A stretch of DNA of 64,000 bases from contig CAZPEP010000039.1 of assembly GCA_964585685.1 (NCBI GenBank), forward strand, positions 21,043-85,042. The letters run 5' to 3'. Origin of the DNA: an uncultured Eubacteriales bacterium (lineage in GTDB: Bacteria > Acidobacteriota > Aminicenantia > Aminicenantales > Saccharicenantaceae). The position numbers and the translations under genes were made by a program. Positions within the stretch are counted from its first letter, which is position 1; every line of letters begins with the position of its first letter. Shown here one piece after another: positions 54,681-62,786 of this stretch. The notes beneath the pieces were generated by a model. The model saw only the letters and a list, made by a program, of their open reading frames with translations. It had not been told where the DNA came from and ran no database searches.

Positions 54681-56195
54681 ATGACTGGAATGGGAATCGG
54701 TTTGATCGCTTTTGTGGCGGTCTTTCTTATCGTTGGCCTGGCGTCGTTCTGGATGGTCAAGGGAAGCGGGAAAAGATATATCGTCTGTGGCAAGAGCCTG
54801 CCTTTGATCTTCATAGGAACCATGCTGACGGCGCAGGCCATCGACGCCAATTCGACCATCGGGAATTCATCTCTGTCCTACAGCGGCGGTTTTTGGTCGG
54901 GCTTCAGCATTCCCCTGGGACTAACGGCATGTCTCCTGATCACGGGTCTGTTCTTTGCCAAGCCGCTGAACCGCATGAATCTGCTCACGCTGCCTGATTT
55001 TTACTTTCGGCGCTATGGCTCAGGCGTGGAATTGCTGAGTTCGATCCTCATGGGAATCAGCTTCATCGTCTTGGTGGCCGGCAATTTTGCCGGGTGTGCC
55101 TGGATCGTGAAGGTCGTATTCGATTTACCGTACCTTCCTTCTTTGATCATCGTCTCTGCCACGATTCTGCTCTACTCGATCGCCGGGGGTCTGTTCTCTT
55201 CGGCAAGCACGAACTTCGTGCAAATCTACCCGGCGATCATCGGCTTCGTCGGAAGCGCGATTTGGTTGATCAAAACCCACGGCTGGGATTATCTGACACA
55301 GGCCGTTCCCCCAGGATTCATGGATTTAAGCGGGTTGATCTCTCCTCATCAGGGAGCTTTCGTGAACTGGGGACAGTTCATGGCGTTGGCCTTGGGAGAC
55401 GTCGTGGCTCTTGATTTCATGGAAAGGGTTTTTGCGGCCCGGACCCCAAGGACCGCACAACTGGGCTGCTATATGGGGGCCATCCTGACGCTGATAACAG
55501 GACTGAGCTGCTCGTTGCTCGGGATCATGAGCATCAGCCTCATTCCCGGCATGGCGGATCCCCGGATGGTATTGCCGAACCTCGCGTTGAGAATGGTCCC
55601 CTTCGTCCTCGGCCTTCTTTTGATCTCCGGGGTCATTGGGGCGGGCGCCTCGACGGCCAGCGGCGGCATCCTGGGAGTTTCGATCGTGCTGGGGCGGAAC
55701 ATTCTCCAGAAAAATGTCCTGCGCTGGAGGGGTGAAAGAAGGATCGGTAAGGGAAACGGAGGCCTCTCCCCCTCTGCCAACAATGTTTTTAGATCAGACA
55801 AAAGTCTCCTTCTTGTCAGCCGGGTCATGGCGCTGCCGGTCGTGCTCTTGGCCGTCGTGTTGGCCTGGCTGCGTCCGGAGCCGGGGGTCCTTTTGGCCTT
55901 GGCTTTCGATGTCGTATTTGCCGGCTGTTTCGTTCCGTTGGCCGGGGGCATTTATTGGAAAAAGGCCAATGCGGCGGGAGCCCTGGCCGCGATTGTCGCC
56001 GGGTCACTGCTTCGCGCCGTGCTCTATGTCACGATCCCCGGACATCTCAAAGGTCTGGATACTCTGATTCCCCCGGTCTTTTCACTCATGGTTTTCGTCG
56101 TCGTCTGCCTGCTGACCCGGGACCGGTATCCGTCAAAACACCATGTGATCCATGAAATTCCGTGCGATGCCGACGTGATTGCCGGGATCGTATGA
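54681..56195 (+). CDS. Sodium:solute symporter (SSS) family transporter
   Basis: Multi-TM; TLPDFYFRRYG, YSIAGGL, ERVFAA, YWKKANAAGA. Confidence 0.88.
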   Translation: MTGMGIGLIAFVAVFLIVGLASFWMVKGSGKRYIVCGKSLPLIFIGTMLTAQAIDANSTIGNSSLSYSGGFWSGFSIPLGLTACLLITGLFFAKPLNRMNLLTLPDFYFRRYGSGVELLSSILMGISFIVLVAGNFAGCAWIVKVVFDLPYLPSLIIVSATILLYSIAGGLFSSASTNFVQIYPAIIGFVGSAIWLIKTHGWDYLTQAVPPGFMDLSGLISPHQGAFVNWGQFMALALGDVVALDFMERVFAARTPRTAQLGCYMGAILTLITGLSCSLLGIMSISLIPGMADPRMVLPNLALRMVPFVLGLLLISGVIGAGASTASGGILGVSIVLGRNILQKNVLRWRGERRIGKGNGGLSPSANNVFRSDKSLLLVSRVMALPVVLLAVVLAWLRPEPGVLLALAFDVVFAGCFVPLAGGIYWKKANAAGALAAIVAGSLLRAVLYVTIPGHLKGLDTLIPPVFSLMVFVVVCLLTRDRYPSKHHVIHEIPCDADVIAGIV

Positions 56196-56237
56196 TCTCG
56201 GTTGACACCGGCTGTTGTGACTGGATAGGGAGGCCGC

Positions 56238-57833
56238 ATGACAAGATCGCGTAGTCTTGGGACCGGACTTCTCATCCTTTGTACAGCGGCCCTTTCCCTG
56301 GGCCAGGAACAGACCGATACCCCGATGACCGTGAAGATTCGAGAGGAAGGACTGAGACGCTCCCAGGTCATGGACATCGCTTGGTCCATGACAGATGTAT
56401 TGGGTCCGCGACTGTCGAACTCTCCCGGTTATGCCGAGGCCTGCCGCTGGGCGGTCGGCAAGTTTGCCCAATACGGGATCCAGGCCGAGCTCCAGGAGTA
56501 CGGCAAAGTCGGCTCGGGGTGGGAGAATGAATACACTTCCGTCCATATGCACGAGCCCCGTTACCTGCCGTTCATCGCCTACACCAAGCCGTATTCGCGC
56601 AGTACCGCGGGAAAGGTCATCGGCGAAGCGGTGTTGATCAACACCGATGATCTCTACGGAGAAGATGAGCTGTTGGAATACCGGGGGCGTCTTAGGGGGA
56701 AGATCATCTGCTTCAAGCCCGCGCGCCATTTGACCTTGAATTTCCAGCCTCCGGCTTCGCGTCTTTCCCGGGATGAGCTGGATGACATGGCGGACCTTCA
56801 TATTCCCGATCTTCAGCCGGGCCGGCAAGCCCGAGCAGATGATCCGTCGAGGGGAAATCAGCGGGACCGGAAGGAACTCCTCGCGGAAAAAACATGGCGC
56901 GCATTCTTTGATCGGGAGGGCGTGGGCGCGTTGATGGAGCCCGGGGGTCCGCAGGGTCCCGCGCCGATGGATAAGGGCCTGGTCCAGGTCAACGCTTCTC
57001 GGCCTCCTCAACCGGGTGAGCCCAGGCCGCTTCCGGCTGTCCTTGTCTCGGCGGAACAATACAACCGGGTGGTGAGACTCCTGGAAAGAAGAATTCCGGT
57101 CAAATTGGAGATCGAGACCCGCGTCCGGTGGAAGGAAAGCGATTGGCCCGACTTCAATGTCATCGCTGAACTTCCTGGCGGAGATCTCAAAGAGGAGATC
57201 GTCATGATAGGCGGTCATTATGATAGTGAACTCGCCGGGACCGGAGCGACCGATAACGCTGCAGGATGCGCTGCCGTCGTCGAGGCGATGCGCATCCTCA
57301 GAACGGTCGGGGCGCGTCCGCGCCGGACGATCCGCGCGGCCCTATGGGGCGGGGAAGAAATCGGTCACTTAGGCTCGAGAGCTTATGTGAAAAAGAATTT
57401 TGGCGATCCGGAAACCCAGGCCCGGCTTCCCGGATACGACAAGCTCTCGGCTTATTTCAATATGGATTGGTATGGGCGTTTTCGGGGGATCTATCTCCAA
57501 GGCAACGATCTGGTCCGACCCATCTTTGAAGAGTGGATGAAACCGTTCCGGGATCTGGGGATGACCTGTCTGGCTCCGGGAAACACGGGCGGAACGGATC
57601 ATATGAGTTTTGTGGCCGTAGGACTTCCGGGGTTTCAGTTCATCCAGGATGACCTGGAATTCTTCACGACGACCTTTCACACAAATATGGATGTCTATGA
57701 TCGCCTGGTCCCTGAAGACCTGATGCAAGCCGCCGTCATCCTTGCCGGTTTTGCCTACAATGCGGCCATGCGGGACGAGATGATCCCTCGGACTCCAAAT
57801 CAGATGGAGAACAATCGTCGGTGGCACAAGTGA
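56238..57833 (+). CDS. Secreted M28 family aminopeptidase
   Basis: Signal peptide; GGHYDS, GATDNAAG, WGGEEIG, FNMD, TDH, FHTNMD. Confidence 0.9.
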   Translation: MTRSRSLGTGLLILCTAALSLGQEQTDTPMTVKIREEGLRRSQVMDIAWSMTDVLGPRLSNSPGYAEACRWAVGKFAQYGIQAELQEYGKVGSGWENEYTSVHMHEPRYLPFIAYTKPYSRSTAGKVIGEAVLINTDDLYGEDELLEYRGRLRGKIICFKPARHLTLNFQPPASRLSRDELDDMADLHIPDLQPGRQARADDPSRGNQRDRKELLAEKTWRAFFDREGVGALMEPGGPQGPAPMDKGLVQVNASRPPQPGEPRPLPAVLVSAEQYNRVVRLLERRIPVKLEIETRVRWKESDWPDFNVIAELPGGDLKEEIVMIGGHYDSELAGTGATDNAAGCAAVVEAMRILRTVGARPRRTIRAALWGGEEIGHLGSRAYVKKNFGDPETQARLPGYDKLSAYFNMDWYGRFRGIYLQGNDLVRPIFEEWMKPFRDLGMTCLAPGNTGGTDHMSFVAVGLPGFQFIQDDLEFFTTTFHTNMDVYDRLVPEDLMQAAVILAGFAYNAAMRDEMIPRTPNQMENNRRWHK

Positions 57834-57862
57834 TATTCCGGTCCGATTCGGGGAGTCCTGAC

Positions 57863-59200
57863 ATGACACGAAAACTACGGCGCCGCGCTTTCCCCCAGAT
57901 CCTTCTTTCTCTCGTTCTGCTCATAGGGTCGAGCGCACAGGAACATGAACTAATTTCCTCCGGAGATGTTCACAACGTCCTCCCGCTCTGGGATCAGGCG
58001 AAGTTCATGGAGCGTCAGTTGAAATGGAGACAGGATCATGTCCTGCCCGAGCTCATGCTCAGAGAACAGGTCGATCTATGGATCGTCGAGAGGGACGAGG
58101 GGGTTCTCTATCTTTCACTCGTTCCGGGGGATCAAGAGGGGTTGGTTCCGGAGGAGCCTTCCTGCCTGGTTTATCACTATGCGGGACGTGGCGGGAGGGT
58201 GGAACTGAGGTTCGCGGAGCAGGATCAATTGGCCGGGCTCGTCAAAAGGCTTAAACCCGAGCGCATCGGAGTGGCCGAGCGGAACATCCCTCGGCTGAAA
58301 GTGGCCCTCGGAAATTCATCCGGCGATCGGCTTGTGGATTCAAGTAACCTCAGAATCGGATTTCTCGAGAAGAGGAGCCCCGAGGAGATCAGCGTCTTCC
58401 ACTACGTCACCCGCATCGCGCACGATGTGATTGCCGAGGCGTTTTCCACCCGGGCGGTCATTCCGGACGTCACGACCACGGATGAGTTGAACTGGTGGAT
58501 CAGGCAGAGATACCGCGACCTCGGGTTGTTGACCAGCGACCACCCCACGATCACTCTTCAGAGGTGCCGTACGGAAAGGATATTATATACGGAATCGGAC
58601 GAGCATTTTCGGATCGATATTCCGCCGCGGAACGGATACAACTCCGTCATCCGGAGAGGGGATATCATCGCCTGCGATACAGGAATCAACTATCTCGGAT
58701 TGGGGACGGATACGCAACAGGTGGCCTATGTCCTGAAAGAAGGAGAATCGGCTGTCCCTGAAGGGCTCAAGACGGCGATGGCCCGGACAAACCGGTTGCA
58801 GGACCTGTTCGCAGCAGAGTTCAAAGAAGGGCGCAAGGGAAATGATATTTGGCTGTCGGCTCTCAAGAAGGCGAAAGACGAGGGATTACGACCGTCCATA
58901 TATAGTCACCCCATCCCGTACTATCTGATGCGATACGAGGGCAACGGCGCATTTTATAAGAACACGAGGTACGGAGCCGGGCCGGATTTGGGCGATGGGA
59001 AATCCGAGGAGCCGACCGAGAAGGGGGAATATCCTATATACCTAAATACAGTCTATGCCATGGAATTAGACACCATGACCTCAATCCCGGAATGGGGAGG
59101 TCAGGATGTCAGAATTGTCTTGGAACAGACGGTCGCCTTCACCGAAAAAGGACTCGTATTCCTCGGCGGTCGCCAGACAGACTGGTATGTGATCAAGTAG
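57863..59200 (+). CDS. Secreted M24 (Xaa-Pro peptidase fold) metallopeptidase
   Basis: Signal peptide; CDTG...GTDTQQ, YSHP, AMELD, VLEQ ligand motifs. Confidence 0.85.
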   Translation: MTRKLRRRAFPQILLSLVLLIGSSAQEHELISSGDVHNVLPLWDQAKFMERQLKWRQDHVLPELMLREQVDLWIVERDEGVLYLSLVPGDQEGLVPEEPSCLVYHYAGRGGRVELRFAEQDQLAGLVKRLKPERIGVAERNIPRLKVALGNSSGDRLVDSSNLRIGFLEKRSPEEISVFHYVTRIAHDVIAEAFSTRAVIPDVTTTDELNWWIRQRYRDLGLLTSDHPTITLQRCRTERILYTESDEHFRIDIPPRNGYNSVIRRGDIIACDTGINYLGLGTDTQQVAYVLKEGESAVPEGLKTAMARTNRLQDLFAAEFKEGRKGNDIWLSALKKAKDEGLRPSIYSHPIPYYLMRYEGNGAFYKNTRYGAGPDLGDGKSEEPTEKGEYPIYLNTVYAMELDTMTSIPEWGGQDVRIVLEQTVAFTEKGLVFLGGRQTDWYVIK

Positions 59201-59232
59201 GCCATTTGAAATCCTATGTAGGAGGGTTTCCT

Positions 59233-59700
59233 ATGAGTCAGAAGAGGCGGGTCGCAATCGGTTTTCCCCCTTTTGTCCTCTCGGGGATCCCGCCGGCCGT
59301 CCTCTCGTCCCAGATCATCCCCAATAAAGACGGCCTGGCCATCATGCCCATGAGAGATCGGGTGAAGCTCATTAAGAAGGGGTGGAATCAGAGGAGCGAC
59401 GCCGATGTCGAAAAATACAACGATCCTCCCGAATATTTTCTTAAGGGACGGACCAGAAATGGCGTGAACGCGGTTATTCATCGTGGAGATGTCATCAGTT
59501 GCGACACGGACCTCTTTCTGCTCGGTCTGGTGATTGATTCGCATCGGCATGCCTATGCTTTCGAGCCCCATACCCGAGTGGCCGTTCCCGAGTGGGAACA
59601 TGGCCTTGAGCTCGGCATCGATCAGGTAACGGTCTTCACCGAAAACGGCCTCAAATATATGGCTCGACCTCAAGAGCGTCAATGGCATATAATCAGGTGA
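59233..59700 (+). pseudogene. Internally deleted but in-frame M24 peptidase paralog (155-aa mini-protein or pseudogene)
   Basis: Three collinear blocks similar to 57863-59200, joined without frameshift; GGAGG RBS. Confidence 0.7.
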
Positions 59701-59902
59701 GAAAGGGGCACGTAGAGCAGGACCCGAGCACGCCCGAAAGCCGGGAGAGAAGACTATTCCTTAAGAACCCGGACTCTCAGGAAATCGAGGGACTGTCGAG
59801 AGGCCAAAAGAGATGAATCCGAAAGAAAAATTTCAAGAATCACGTTTTGGGAGTTTTTTTTCAGGACGTCATGAGGGTCCTGACGCGTATGGAGGGGGAT
59901 TT

Positions 59903-62632
59903 ATGATGAGATTTCATTGGACGCGGTATTGGGTCCTCGTTGTTGGGCTTGTCCTTTTAGCGGGGCTGGCCTATTCTCAGAGCTCAACGACGGGTGCCAT
60001 CGATGGGAAGATCACGGATGACCAAGGATCGCCTCTTCCCGGAGCCCAGGTCAGGCTCTATTCTCCCGACCTGATCGGCGGCGCCCAGACCAAGGTCGCA
60101 AATGCCGAAGGGAAGTACAGGTTCGTCGCTCTCCTTCGGGGAACCTACGTTCTCGAGGCGTCACTCGCCGGGTTTGTCGCCGTCAAAAAAGACGATATCA
60201 AGATCTTCGTCGGTCAGACCATTACCATTGACCTCGTTCTCAAGATCGGCAAGCTGGAGCAGGAGGTGACGGTCACGGGGACGGCGCCCCTCGTCGATAT
60301 CAAGGACAGCCAGATGAATACCACCAACCTGGACCGACAGATGCTCCAGACCGTGGGTTCACAAATGCGCTGGAAAAGTTCAACCAGCCTGATCAACCTG
60401 GCGCCCGGAGTCAATGGCGGCAGCGCCATGGGCGCGCCATCCAAGGTCAGCAACCAGTGGCAGATGGATGGCCAGAGCCTCCTCACCTATGTCGGCGATG
60501 GCAGTGATTGGCAGTACCCCGACATGGACATCATCGAAGAGGCCCAGATTTCCGGCTCGGGAGCCGGCGCCGAATACGGGAATTTCACCGGCGCCGTGCT
60601 GAACCTGGTCACCAAGAGCGGCGGCAATGCATTTGAAGGGCTGCTGTCGGCGTCCTATTCCCCGTTAAACTGGAACCAGAAGAATTTCAACCGTGCCGAT
60701 CCCCTGTTTTCACTGTTTGGCACCCCGCCCCGTAAACTGTTCTCCGATTTTCATATTGGCCTCGGGGGGCCGATCATCAAGGACAAGCTCTGGTTCTATG
60801 TCTCCGGCGGCTGGATCAAGGACCAAACTGAAATCGAGGGGTCCGCGGCGGGCTCTGTTTTGGGCCGAAATACATATCAAATTCCCAAGGGCTTTGCCAA
60901 GCTCACTTTCCAGGCTGGCAAGGACTCCAGGCTCTCGGCCTTCGTCGAATACGAACGCTGGCAAATGTTCAACATGGGCTTGAGCGTCAACCGCACGATG
61001 GATGCAACGCAAGACCAGGTTGGCGATGCGTTCCCCGTGGCCCTCAATCTCCTCCATACCTTCAGCGAGAATACGTTTGCCGAAATCAAACTGGGCTACT
61101 TTGGCGGCTACTGGGAAGGGATACCGAAGAAAGGGCGAGATGTCCCTGAACGCTATGACAATCTGACCGGGCAGGTCACCGGGAACAATGCCAACTGGGA
61201 CGAAGCGTTTTCATCCCAGGTCACGGCTTCGACGACACTGACCCACCACGCGGATGAGTTCATCAAGGGCGCCCATGATTTTAAGATCGGCGTCGAGTTT
61301 ATGCGTGGGACCGACGACTGGGCGAAGGGGTACACGGGTGGCTACAAGTATACGGATAACTACTACAGCTATTATGACTACCAATACCATACCTACGCCT
61401 ATTCCTATGGCTTCGATATCAAGTCCAATGGCTGGAAAGTCTCGGCGTTTGCCCAGGATTCCTGGACGATCGGCAACCGGCTGACCATCAATCCCGGGGT
61501 CCGCTGGAGCATGCAGAGGGGTTACCTCCCGAACCTGCAGAAAGGGGCCTTCTTCAAGCCCAGGAACTACATCGAGCCGCGCATCGGTTTGACTTTCGAT
61601 GTTTTCGGAGACCATAAAACGGCGCTCAAGGCCCACTACGGCCGGTTCCATGAATCCTTCAAGACATGGTACTTCAACGCCTTCGATCCCGGCTACCAGG
61701 ATCAGGTTTGGTATGAGGTCTTGCCGGACGGAAGCAAGGTCGAAGGGGGGAGGGTCAATTATTCCCTGCCGGGCACCGTGGATCCCCGCATCCGCATCCC
61801 GTATTCGGACCAGTTCACCGTCGGGCTGGAAACAATGATCATGAGAGACGTTTCCCTGGGCCTGACTTTCATTTATCGCGAATACAAGGATTTCATCGGC
61901 CGCGTCAACACGACGGCGATCTGGGAACCCTACATGTACACCTATCTGGACGAAAACCGAAATCCGCAGGAGATCCAAGTCTACCAACAGACATCCCCGA
62001 GCGCGGATGACCGGTTCATGATCACCAATCCACGGGCCGGCGCACACTCGGTTCTGATCACTCCCAAGAACAAGTATTCCGCCATTTCCCTTTCATTGAA
62101 CAAGAGATTCTCTGCCGGCTTGATGTTCCATATCGACTATACGTACAGCCGGGCCAAGGGAACCATGTATAATAGCGGCACCGCTTCCTGGGGGGGAAAC
62201 TACTTCGAAAACCCGAACCGGCAGATCAACGCTTATGGCAACCTGACGTATGATGCGCCCCACGCTCTCAACATCTACGGAACCGTCACCTTGCCCCTGG
62301 GTTTTGTTTTCTCCCCGCGGTTCTCGGTCCAGAGCGGCTCGCAGTGGACGCCCTTTATCCAAATTAATGAGATTCCCGGCCGACCTTGGGTCTACCTCGA
62401 ATCCGCGGGCTCCAGGAGACTTCCAACCCAGATATCGCTCGATCTCAGGATGGAAAAACTCTTCGCCTTCTCTCCACGGTACAAGCTGGGGCTCATCCTG
62501 GACGCCTTCAATATTTTTAACCGCGGCGTGGCGGCTGGTCTCAATACTCAAGTCAACGGTGCCAACTACGGAAAAGCCAGCGGGGTCTGCGAACCCAGGT
62601 ATTTCCGGGTGGGCATGAGGCTTTATTTCTGA
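59903..62632 (+). CDS. TonB-dependent receptor, paralog of 37923-40688
   Basis: LPGAQVRLYSPDLIGG...GKYRFVALL, GAEYGNFTGAV, FAQDSWT, C-terminal RVGMRLYF; GGAGG RBS. Confidence 0.92.
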   Translation: MMRFHWTRYWVLVVGLVLLAGLAYSQSSTTGAIDGKITDDQGSPLPGAQVRLYSPDLIGGAQTKVANAEGKYRFVALLRGTYVLEASLAGFVAVKKDDIKIFVGQTITIDLVLKIGKLEQEVTVTGTAPLVDIKDSQMNTTNLDRQMLQTVGSQMRWKSSTSLINLAPGVNGGSAMGAPSKVSNQWQMDGQSLLTYVGDGSDWQYPDMDIIEEAQISGSGAGAEYGNFTGAVLNLVTKSGGNAFEGLLSASYSPLNWNQKNFNRADPLFSLFGTPPRKLFSDFHIGLGGPIIKDKLWFYVSGGWIKDQTEIEGSAAGSVLGRNTYQIPKGFAKLTFQAGKDSRLSAFVEYERWQMFNMGLSVNRTMDATQDQVGDAFPVALNLLHTFSENTFAEIKLGYFGGYWEGIPKKGRDVPERYDNLTGQVTGNNANWDEAFSSQVTASTTLTHHADEFIKGAHDFKIGVEFMRGTDDWAKGYTGGYKYTDNYYSYYDYQYHTYAYSYGFDIKSNGWKVSAFAQDSWTIGNRLTINPGVRWSMQRGYLPNLQKGAFFKPRNYIEPRIGLTFDVFGDHKTALKAHYGRFHESFKTWYFNAFDPGYQDQVWYEVLPDGSKVEGGRVNYSLPGTVDPRIRIPYSDQFTVGLETMIMRDVSLGLTFIYREYKDFIGRVNTTAIWEPYMYTYLDENRNPQEIQVYQQTSPSADDRFMITNPRAGAHSVLITPKNKYSAISLSLNKRFSAGLMFHIDYTYSRAKGTMYNSGTASWGGNYFENPNRQINAYGNLTYDAPHALNIYGTVTLPLGFVFSPRFSVQSGSQWTPFIQINEIPGRPWVYLESAGSRRLPTQISLDLRMEKLFAFSPRYKLGLILDAFNIFNRGVAAGLNTQVNGANYGKASGVCEPRYFRVGMRLYF

Positions 62633-62646
62633 CGCCCAAGGCGGTG

Positions 62647-62682
62647 CGGGGGAGCTCGCCCCTCCCCCGTTCTTTGATTTTT
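62647..62682 (+). terminator. Rho-independent terminator after TBDR 2
   Basis: CGGGGGAG-CTCGCCC-CTCCCCCG followed by TTCTTTGATTTTTT. Confidence 0.75.
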
Positions 62683-62786
62683 TGCTTAAAGAATTAAGGC
62701 AAAGGCAAAAATTTAGTGTCATCGCGAGAAGCGGAGCAGTCGTGTATTCCCAAAGCGAGAACCTAGGTTTTGCCGGCAGAAACCGG

